Shown here piece after piece: positions 16,212-27,387 of a stretch of DNA of 64,000 nucleotides. Within the stretch, counting starts at the first letter, position 1. Each line of letters opens with the position of its first letter. The stretch covers positions 124,001 through 188,000 of the forward strand of contig NOWV01000003.1 of NCBI GenBank assembly GCA_003344405.1, written 5' to 3'. Position numbers and translations under genes: made by a program. Source of the DNA: Trichoplax sp. H2 (Eukaryota). The notes beneath the pieces were generated by a model. The model saw nothing but the letters and a program-made list of their open reading frames with translations, had not been told where the DNA came from and did not search any database.

Positions 16212-17268
16212 ATTAATAGATGATCAGTAATAGATAGTAAAATGTAGTGACTACTATTACAATGACCATTTTTTAGATCAATATTACGTAACAGCATGAT
16301 TGGACAATTAACTTTCAAAAATATGTCCTAAGGCGGTAATCCTGGTATACGTTGTATAACTTCATTATTCATTTCGTCTACGCCATTATTTAGTACAGCA
16401 AGTATCGCACGATGAGCAAACCAAGATCGATCATTACAATTTCATTCTATGTCACTATACACATGATTTATCAAATTTTACCGTGTATTACAACAATTTT
16501 CGTCAGGTAACTCGATCATGGAATCGCTATTACTTCTTCCAAGATACGGAGTAAGTCCTTCGCCAACTGGCAATAACCAATTAGCATTATCTAACATTGT
16601 ACTTAATCATAGTCTCTTTCCTCATGTTTATTCTGGCGAGATCCTCGCTGCACTCGAAGTCTAATTTGTTCTTCCTGATCACAAAAACATGTCTGAATAC
16701 GCGCTGATTCAGCATCGTCGGCATTTCAAGCAGGACCCAAAATGCGATAGATTAATCCTTGAATTCTATAAGTACTCGCCCCACCAGCTATATTAACATC
16801 ATTAGCTTTCATGCTGGCCATGCATAAGCCACAATTAAATTTTCGTATATTAGCACGGAAATATTTTGAGACGGTATCCATATCTGTTAGCAATCTACGA
16901 AGTTCATCTAGAGGATCAGGCACTTCTTGAATCGCTATCTTTCCTGATAAGCAACATAAATCAAATTTTGGTTGATTTAAAGCGCCACCAAAGCGCTCTT
17001 CGATCGACATTAGGGCTTTACAATATCTACATTGCTTATTCATAAACCCACAACTATGCTTGTTGGTACAAATCCCAAACTCTTCTATAGTATCATTATT
17101 GTATAGGTGGGCACAACAATACATAGATCCATTCCATTGCTGATACATAGATCCATTCCATTGCTGAATCGACGACATATTCGTTTCTTGCAGGTAAACT
17201 TTAGTCACTACTATCCGTAAAATATAGTTTATAACTTTTCTATTACAGCAGCAGTAATAATTAATCAA
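16075..17268 (-). mobile_element. Defective, internally deleted Helitron RepHel pseudogene
   Basis: ORF 17268-16726 has Helitron N-terminal motifs (CRYCKAL, FDLCCLSGKI, SKYFRANIRKFN, YRIQGLIYRILG). Downstream frames give PIF1-helicase motifs with stops: NMR, NWLLPVGEG, LINHVYSDI, WFAHRAILAVLNNGVDEMN, GLPP*DIFLKVNCPIMLLRNIDLKNGHCN, LLLIPRM. Confidence 0.9.
17119..17166. repeat. 24-bp tandem duplication inside the Helitron ORF
   Basis: atacatagatccattccattgctg x2, giving QQWNGSMY twice. Confidence 0.9.
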
Positions 17269-19099
17269 CTTCAGATAGAAACGAAAAAATGCTCTACAGT
17301 ACAGTATATAGCACCTTTTCTGCAGTAAACAGTTTTTTTGCCATAGAAAGCATGAATCAATACATCAGTGCACAGTATCATATATAGCTGCTGTTTAGCA
17401 CCTCTTATACGGTAAATGCTTTAAGGTAGTGATCATCGATGTGAAGCAGCGGAGTACTTGAAGCTGTAACTTAGCCCCTGAGTGAAGTAAACGCACGAAT
17501 GCTATAAAGGCGAATCGGGGCGCTTGGGATGGAAAGGCGGATGACGTCTCACGTAGAAGCGCAAGTACTGTACCATTTCGTATACTGTACTACTGTTTCT
17601 TAATCTTACAATATCAACAGCAGCAAGTTAAAAGAACCCGAGTGGAGTTTCATACTGTTTCTGTATCTTATAATGCTAACAACTGCTATAAGCCCCGCTT
17701 CTATTATACTGTATAACGAAGGAAGGATAGTATTTCTTTGCATGTTGATCCAGTAGAGTTATGTTTGCTGATATTGACTCCGGTAGTGTTCTATTAATAA
17801 TAATAGCGAAGTTTCCTTTCATTTATGTAACTTTCGAATTTGTGCTAAGAACACCTTAATAAACCGTATTTGGTTACACTTGCACATACAAAGTACTGCA
17901 TGGCATAAACTGTATCACCAAAAATAGAGGTTAACAACACTGTACTGTAATATAAATTTAAAGAGTCCTTAGGTAGAGAAATATGAGAAATGACTCATTT
18001 TTATAACCGCGACACTTATTCCCACTAGTCTTTGATGAATGTGAGGTTACAATTGCGTAACGTATATACGCAAAGAGTACAGCGCTACACCATACATCTC
18101 GGTATATATCTACCCTATACAGTACAGTAAAGCCGTACTTGCAGAACCTTAATTATTTTAATAATTTGATATTGTCAGCATAGGCTAGAAGGTATGAATG
18201 GTCTCTGGATAGCTATCTATGTTACTTCTTTGTTGCTACAGTATTACGTAGAGAATTAACCTATTTGACCAGATACCTTAGAAGTATATTTATTGTATAT
18301 CCGACACAATGCATTGCGAAATTTGAAACAATGAATAGAGTCAATTAATTAATTATATTCAGTCTTGCATAATTTATTAACTTTGAAATTAGATATTAAA
18401 CCGAATTGTGCTAATAAACACTTCTCAAAGAGGTTTCAAAACAATGAATTTTCTACCAATCATATAAGATTTCGAATAGCTATTGTGTGTTTTTGTCTGA
18501 CATGCAAGGGCATTTGTACTGCAGTTACATGCATAAATACAGTATTGTATATATGTAGTACATCTAATGTATTGCATACTATACAAATATACGAAGTATA
18601 ACAGTGTATATGTAGATACCGTACATATGGGAATCTACAGTACATTAATAAAAATTTGATCAGTACGCATAGATTATTACTGCTTATGCTTAGAATTCAA
18701 ATTCAAAAGTAAATAATGTTTTAGAATGAAGTTAAGAACACAATAGTATATTTTCGCTTTACAATGAACCTACACGTACAGTATATAGATTGGTAAATCG
18801 TAAATTAGTATCTCGTAGGTACAGTACCTTCAATTTAAGTAAAGTATGCTGATGTATGAGTAGATACAAGGTATTCTGTATCGTTACTATCACGTTTTCG
18901 TAACTATAATAGTATATGACTACGTGAATATATCTAGAGTACTTCCAGAATCATATTACCGTATATCTCCCTTCGTGAATTTCTGGTTTGATAAAATTAC
19001 AATCACATAACAGAAATTTCGAAATGTCCTAGTTTTTATCAGAATTTTGGATAACAAACTTGAAAAGTAGGCAAAAGTGAATTAAACGAGATAAACACA

Positions 19100-22000
19100 A
19101 TGGGATCTGGAATAAGTGGGAGAATTGATCATCCCCAAAAGAAGTTTTCCAGTGAAAATAAAAAGAATTCAACTGCAATTAGAGATTACATTTCCCAGTT
19201 AGAAAAAAGTTTGAAAGAAGGACAAGAAACGATTTTGGTAAAAACTGAACAAGTTAAAAGGTTGGAAGACGCAGCAGCAGATAAGGACGAAAAAATATCA
19301 AACCTAAACATAGAGATTCGTAAACTTAAAGTTGTGCTATCACAACTGGAAAATGTATTATCGGACAATAAAATTGTCAATAAGTCGTATGGCTTTGAGG
19401 CCATGAAAAAAATTTCTGAAGCGATTTCGTCAGCTAATGGCCATGATAATGCGAGTATCCTAAAAGTAAAGAGATCTAGAGGCAAGAAGGTTGGCGTTTC
19501 GGGAGAGACAACCGCTATCAAATTGAAAGATGGTAAAGCATCGTTAAGAATGGATTTCAAATATTACAGTAAAGACACCAGGTAAACAATTATAATCATA
19601 ATAAACGCTGATCATTGAATTTTACTGTATTAATATGTATTCTTGTAGATTTCGTAGCATGATAATGTATCATATTTACCGCAAAACTGATCAAATACCA
19701 CGTATTTGAAACAGTTGTCGCTCCGCTTACTCAAAAAACGTATGCGACAGTAACAAGATGAAGATCTATGTTTTGAAATGTTGAAGCCTGAACCAATAGC
19801 AGTCAGCTCTATACTTGGACATTTTATTACATGCAGTCTATTTGCTGAGACTTTTCTTTAAGCATAATCATACTCGTATAATGTAATGTAGTATATAACA
19901 TACGTTAATTTGATCATTGTAGCAGTCGTACATTATAAGCAACTAGCGCAGTATATTCTCAAGTATTACTATATCTTTTACAGTAAGTAACAAATTTTTA
20001 TTTGTATTCTGGTTATTTTTTAGAAATAATTAATTTCTTACAATTAAGATGAATATACAAGAAAATTTGCGAAAATAGTGTCTAACTTAATTGTCTGATT
20101 TTCCAGCTGTAGGCAGCTAATAAGAAGAGTCATTCTAGAAAACGACTTCATGAAACATTTACAAATGCCACAAGTTCAAGAAATCGTAAAATGCATGTAT
20201 CCATGTACTTTTAATGAAAGCGATATAATTATACGCGAAGGAGAGTACGGGAATAGACTGTACGTTACGGCCGGTAAGTTCTCACGGCGGTATGCTATAT
20301 ATAAATTTTGTACGGTTGCTGGTACCATAGTATGTGTAGTATTGTGGTTCTGCGCATCTGTTATGTCGACGTTACCATAGAAACTTACTTTCTTAATTAA
20401 CAGAGGGAAATTTCGAGATAACAAAAGATGGAACCCTCCTGACTAAAGTTGGAGCTGGGGTAGCTTTTGGGGAATTAGCAATATTATATAATTGTAGGAG
20501 AACAGCGACTATTACTGGTAATAGGATTCATTACTTTTTTGAAAACTCTTTAGTGTATTCTAAAAGTTAAACTATATCTTATCCTTCGTAATAGCTACAA
20601 CAAAGTGTAAAGTATGGGCTATAGACCGCGAAGTATTTCAAATGATTATGTTAAAAACCGGAATAGCGCAACACGAGGAACATATGCAATTTTTGGAAAG
20701 GTATCTGATTTACGGACTTTATTTTCAATACTTGCAATTGCGATGAGACCTGCTGAACGAAGAACTGAAATCTAAAAATAGCGTTCCTCTACTGAAACAC
20801 CTACCTGCCGGAAAGCTCGCTAAAATTGCTGGTGTACTAGATGTTGTAAGTATATTGCTGTCGTTTAACTGTTTCTTTTGGACTATGAATCAAATATCAT
20901 GACAAGAAGGTTGACCCGTGTAGAATTACTATAAGCAAGAGGAGTACATTGTCCGTGAAAACGAAACAGGAGATACATTTTACATAATTAAGAAAGGAGA
21001 GGTGGGATTATATCAAAATTTAATACAAGATTTGATACAGTTGACCAATTATCCTTGATATTTTTTAATGTATGTTTATTTAGGTAATTGTAACGAGACG
21101 AATGATTGAGAAGAATAGTGACGTCTTCGTTCGTACTCTTGTTCGAGGGGACTATTTTGGCGAAAGAGCTTTACTTAGGTACATCGACTGTAATATACCG
21201 GACATGATTTTTTTACTTATATTACTGAAGAATGAACTCTTATTTGCGCACGAAAATAGTGAGGAAAGAAGGACAGCAAATATTATCGTCCAAAGTTCAG
21301 AAGTTGAATGTTTTGTATTAGATCGCGAGTGTGTACCTCACCAATAAATTATAATTTATTTACGAAATGAAATTAAAGAATTATACAACTCGATTATATA
21401 TTCTATGAATTTTGTTTTAGAGATTTTACACAGTTGATAGGTAATCTCGATGAATTGAAGGAGAAAGATTATCATGATGAAGTCTACAGAGGAACTAAGC
21501 TGGCTATTAGGTAAAAATGGCTAAAACGATTTCTGATTGCGATCATAATTATATTCTACAATTCTGAGATCATACGATCTGTCCATCTCGTAATTTAAAT
21601 ATTACACATTATTGTAACAACCTTAAATAAATTTAAACCTCAGAAATCCATCATCCACAACCAATGAATATAGCGAACTAGAGTTAAATGATTTTGAACA
21701 AATTGCAACTCTAGGAATGGGAGGCTTTGGCAGAGTGGAATTGGTAACTTTGACTGCAGTATGATATTGAACAATACTGTTACTATTCATAATACAAATT
21801 TTTTCCGAAAGGTGACACTAGTGAAAGATAAATCGAGATCATTTGCGTTAAAATGTATGAAGAAAAGACATATTGTGGAAACAAAACAGCAGGAGCACGT
21901 TTTCTCTGAGAAGAAGTTATTAACGGAACTAACTTCTCCGTTTGTCGTGAAGTATGATATTACATAAATTTATTATGATTTTTAACTGAAGTTTGTACGT

Positions 22001-24032
22001 AGAATTTTAATTAGTCCTTTATTTCTATGTAGATTATATAGAACCTTCAAGGATAAAAAATTTGTATACATGTTGATGGAAGTCTGTTTAGGTGGTGAAT
22101 TGTGGACCATCTTAAGAGACAGGTATATATTTTTAATGGGCATAATTTGGATGTAAGTCTACTCCGTATGTTGTTGTTTGTCCATGAACTGAAAATAATG
22201 ATTTTATTAATATTCATAATAACAGAGGAAATTTTGATGAGAATAGCACGAGATTTTTTACCGCTTGCGTGGTAGAGGCATTTGATTATCTCCACGTCAG
22301 AGGAATAGTTTATAGGGATCTTAAGGTATTATTCCTTATTATGTAATTGTAATGGTAAACTTGACTCTTAATCAACTATTAGAGTTTGGATTATATGCTA
22401 AATGTACAATACATATATTGTACATTTAGCATATAATCCAAACTCTAATAGTTGATTAAGAGTCAAGTTTACCATTACAATTAAGGAATTATGCTAAATA
22501 CTCGAATTTTATTTTCGTTCTATCGTTCCTATCAGCCTGAAAATTTGCTCTTAGACTCAATCGGCTATGTAAAATTGGTAAGTGTTACCTGACGAATTAA
22601 AGTAGAAGGCTGATGTGAAATGGAGAAATGAAATTATTAAATGCATCTAAGAATTTAGTCNNNNNNNNNNNNNNNNNNNNCATAATAACAGAGGAAATTT
22701 TGATGAGAATAGCACGAGATTTTTTACCGCTTGCGTGGTAGAGGCATTTGATTATCTCCACGTCAGAGGAATAGTTTATAGGGATCTTAAGGTATTATTC
22801 CTTATTATGTAATTGTAATGGTAAACTTGACTCTTAATCAACTATTAGAGTTTTGATTCTATGCAAATTGTACAATACATATATCATACATTTAGCATAT
22901 AATCAAAACTCTAATAGTTGATTACGAGTCAAGTTTACCATTACAATTATTTGTACATTTTGCATAGAATCAAAACTCTAATAGTTGATTAAGAGTCAAG
23001 TTTACCATTACAATTATGGAATTACGCTAAAATATTCGAATTTTATTTTCGTTCTATCCTTCCTATCAGCCTGAAAATTTGCTCTTAGACTCAATCGGCT
23101 ATGTAAAATTGGTAAGTTATACTTAACGAATTAAAGTAGAAGGCTGATGTGAAATGGAGAAATGAAATTATTAAATGCATCTAAGAATTTAGTCGATTTT
23201 ATTAGGTCGATTTTGGTTTTGCTAAAAAAGTCGGACTCGGAAGTAAAACTTGGACATTTTGTGGGACACCCGAATATGTATCTCCAGAAGTAATTTTAAA
23301 TAGAGGCCATAACTTTTGTGCTGATTACTGGGGCTTAGGGATTTTAATTTTCGAATTATTAACTGGAAGGTTAGCGTTAAATCAGGTCTACCAAAATTGA
23401 TCGTATTTTGTAATAACATGCAATTTATTTAACTAGCCCACCCTTTACATCCGATGACCCGATGAAAACATATAATTTAATACTGCGAGGCATAGATCGC
23501 GTCGATTTTCCGCGAAAGATTGGCAAAAATGCGCAAAACTTAATCAGAAAATTGTGCAAGTACTAAAAGACATATAATATGTAATATTTAAGTAACTTAT
23601 AAAATAAGACTTATATACAATATCGAATTCTATAGAGAAAACCCGGCAGAAAGAATAGGTTATCAAAAGAACGGTATTAAAGACATTCAGAAGCACAAGT
23701 ACGACTTTTCTGTGTACGACTAGTCGTAGGAAAAACATTTGTAAAACACATTTAACTAAACCAATGTAAACTATTTAGGTGGTTTCAGGGATTTGATTGG
23801 AACGGTCTAAGAAAACGGGAATTAAAGTCGCCCATGCAACCAACGGTAAAATTTGTTTTGTTTAATTTTTGAAATAAATATGGAATGGATTTCTTTAAAT
23901 TATAGATACGTTCACATTAACTATAAATTCCTATAGATTAACGGTCCATTAGACCATTCAAATTTTGATACCTTTGATCAAAGCAATGAGCTACCGACAG
24001 ACGAGACTAGTGGATGGGACGATAACTTTTAA
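19100..24032 (+). CDS. PRKG2: cGMP-dependent protein kinase, PKG II-like
   Basis: Exon 1 (19100-19581): MGSGIS, coiled coil, pseudosubstrate [10 protein letters not shown]. cNMP domains [15 protein letters not shown] and DYFGERALL...RRTANI. Kinase motifs [32 protein letters not shown]...[11 protein letters not shown]. Ends [10 protein letters not shown] (stop 24030-32). Two kinase exons appear twice around gap 22661-22680. PKG call is firm; PRKG2 vs PRKG1 is less so. Confidence 0.95.
22344..22483. repeat. Perfect inverted repeat, 68-bp arms and 4-nt loop, inside a PKG intron
   Basis: 22344-22411 is the exact reverse complement of 22416-22483 (loop cata); host intron 22326-22535. Confidence 0.95.
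22810..23016. repeat. Variant of the same palindrome: one left arm and two tandem right arms
   Basis: Left arm 22810-22877; right arms 22882-22949 and ~22950-23016. Confidence 0.9.
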
Positions 24033-24690
24033 CAAAAATATGTTGCTTATTATTGAAATTTACGTTCGTTATTTACGTACGAGTACGTATACTGCAGATG
24101 TGTTATTAACGATTTTATATACTTATATATATGTGTGTTTATATAAATTAAGCAGCATATTATACTGTAAGTATAAAATTAAAAATGATTGTCGTGTTGA
24201 CTACTTATCTTCAATTTTCTCGTAAACTGTTTTTATAGTTTTAATTCGAAACTAAAACTACGTTATTGTTACAAATTTTTAGCTTTACAAGAAAAACTAA
24301 ATCGAAATATTGTACAAGCCTGTATAAACACTTTTTCTACATATTACATTGTTATTTGCTTAAAAGAATACATAAGTTTTATTAAATCAAAATCTATAGG
24401 TAAAATTTTGAACCGTATATCCTTGTTTTTTTGTACCTAATCCTGATAAATGACATACATTCTAGAGAACTGAAGGGGTATGGCGCTAGTACTTGATGTT
24501 TTTTTAATACGTTCAACGCAATCAATTAAAAAGCTAAGCGAGGTCATCACAGTACTGCAGCTAGCTATGCCTGCTACAGACAGGTTTTTAATGAATAATC
24601 TACCGCATATAATTTTTTGTTTTGAAGAATAACATCAAATACATGTCAGTTAAACATTAAAATACAATATTACTTAGTTGATAATTGATT

Positions 24691-26767
24691 CTACATCCGT
24701 TCATCTTCCGCCGAAGTGTCCTAGGTGGATAAGAAACTGTACTTTATTATACGATTTTAAATTGTAGTGGCTAGGTGTTTTTAAACTTTAAAAAATTCGA
24801 AACTGTACTTATTTGAAAACACTTGATGGTAGTAGCTAAGAGTTTTTAACTTTAATTAAAATAGATACAGTACCATGTTTACGCACTTAATAGTAGTAGC
24901 TAGGCGTTTATAACTTTACAAATTCTAACCTTCCTTCCGCCACAGCATGATCCACTGTGCCTGCCTGCACAGGAAGCTGCAATGCCCGCACATACTACGG
25001 CAACAACGGAAAGTGCTAATGCCATCATTAACAATGCTAATTGAAGCCCTTCATAATCTGCTGTAGTGTATTGGTATACGATGATACCTATAGTTATTGT
25101 AGATACCATTACGACATACGATGAAAGTGCCATGAAAGCTGTCTCCTGGAAAAAAGTCAGACAATTCAGGTTATTCAGTCCAATCTACCCTGTAAAAATG
25201 AGAGTAACGATTGTTTTCTCTCACCACTTGCTCTGATCTTATATCAGCGGCATTTATTCCGAACCCGCCCGTAACACACAGCTATGATTGAGAAATTAGA
25301 GTTTATAATAGAATTTTCCCATATATTATTATGAATAGAAAATTTAATTTCTAAATGGTAAATTACCAAGCAAGCTAAATAAATTGCCATTGTTACGTGT
25401 ATCTTGAATGAAATTGTAAGTAGATAAATTAAGCCGATCAACAGTAATGATAGCCCATTAATAAGCATCAGGCAGCCTAATCTAAAATTAATCACATCAT
25501 AGATATTCCTCGACAGATAGGCTTTGCCGAAAGACCAACTTTGGATTCTTAATTGGCGCTCAACTGCCGTAGTTGTATATGAAGTAGAAATTAGGCAGTA
25601 TATCGTAATTGAAATAAGTGGACAGTAAATTCCGAGAACGTTTGAATTAACTCCGTTATAGTAAATTCTGCGGGTAAGTTCGTAAGTTGAATGAGTTATT
25701 GCCATAATAGTAACAGTTCGACATAACCTTGAGGTAACAAGAAACCATACAAGCTATACAAAACAATCAAGGCGATTGCATAAGTCTCTTAAAATAACTG
25801 TGTTTATTTTGATTTAACACAAAATTCAATAAACTTACTACTCCTGGCTTCCTCCTTTTCACTTTTAGTAAACCGAGGTAACTGCTAGACATGAACTACG
25901 TTCACAAATAAAATTTAGAGTAAAAAAATCCAGTCACGATAACAATTGATTGTTTATGACAGGCATTTTGATTTACCAAAATGGCATCAATGACTGCAAA
26001 GGAAGCGAATTGTCCATCCAACACGAAAATGCTGGTAATACCTATTATGAATAGCAATACGCCTCCAACGCCTTGCATTATAGCCATTTTTATTTCACTT
26101 TTATGACGAACATTGATCGTTGTGGCCGTGGTGACCGGACCAACAAATGATTTTGCAATTACATTGGCTTGAAATGCTGTCATACGAGAAGTACTGTAAC
26201 GGCAGATGTTATCTAGAATTTTCACATTATATAGAATTGCACTCATGCTGGCTATGAAACAAACTATCGCTAGCGCACAAATAATTGGAGGCATTACAAA
26301 TGAATTTGTCGTGTTCCTATGTACAATATTTACAACAATCACGTAACCGTAACGGACAACATCCACGCAACAATAAAATCCGGATATTACTGAAAATGTT
26401 ACTATTCCAGTTAGCTAAAAAGATGGAAAAGTAGAATACGTGTAAGAATATACATTAAAATATAATGTGCCCAAATTGTGGTTACCATTGCACTAGTCGC
26501 TCGTTTCCTTGAATTTATACTGCAAATCCCGGATGTAAACAACTATTACACGAAAGAAAAATTTCTCAGGTGCTATCTCAAAAACTGATAAAACTTCACA
26601 TACAGATTCCATACCGCAGAACTTAAAAATCCTGTATATATCATGTTATGATTTGAAATTTTCATTTGAGGTATTGGAGCCATAGCCAGTGAAACAAACA
26701 TACCGATAACTTCTATTAAGCTGAGTATTACCTGGCTATAGCCGATTAATAATGCCATCTTTTCCAT
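24691..26767 (-). CDS. ~464-aa multipass protein made of three tandem MS4A/CD20-like 4-TM modules (paralog A)
   Basis: Exons 26767-26615, 26542-26486 (LFTSGICSINSRKRATSAM), 26414-25977, 25895-25839 (FMSSSYLGLLKVKRRKPGV), 25753-25367, 25281-25225 (LCVTGGFGINAADIRSEQV), 25145-24930, 24720-24691 (DTSAEDERM*). All phase-0 GT-AG, open throughout. The last exon is less certain (unspliced stop at 24900). Confidence 0.8.
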
Positions 26768-27387
26768 TACAAAAATAATTTCGTATTATCAGAAATCGTT
26801 TTCGAAAAAGTAAGATAAAAACAATATATTTTATTTGACTTCGGTCTTCGAAGAGCGTCTGTTCATATATAAAAATTTGTTTACTTTCACAATCTGGCTT
26901 AAAAGTGATGTCATAAAAGTTTATAAATAGCCATCAATAATACCAATCGCCTCTACATGCGCACATAGATACCTTTAAAACAAAACTTTTTTTATAAAAA
27001 ATTAAGAACTTGAGGGAAGCCAAGTGTGTACCTCTACTTGCAGGAAATAAGTGAATTTGGACGGAAATTGCCAAATCACTATTTTTAATGAGAGACTTCC
27101 CAGAACATCGACTGTTTTTTTTTAAGTTTTATTCAGTAGTCCTCATTTGAGTAGAAATCTAAACAAATTCTGCAAGAGACATTAATCGCGAATTTCGTTA
27201 TTTACAGTTGATCGTATGTTCCCATCAGAATGCTTTAAATATAACATTAATTAATCCCTGGATAAGAAATTGGAAGAGGTTTGTAAAATTAGCACGTCGT
27301 GGTCGAGTCATAACTATCCTGATCAGTTTTTGCATCTACGGAAGATATTGGGTGTTCTTTTGATTGTTATACTTGCATCCTTTGGTC

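Larger units (their letters stand above)
22215..23194. other. Duplication across N-gap 22661-22680 (22215-22660 vs 22681-23194), probably haplotypes
   Basis: Exons read identically in both copies; the intron differs by an extra palindrome arm and several SNPs. Confidence 0.85.

Noticed and set aside
22681..23111. Apparent tandem duplicated or mutually exclusive PKG kinase exons
   Set aside because: Exons read identically and abut an N-gap, matching three other gap-flanking duplicates; best explained as alleles.
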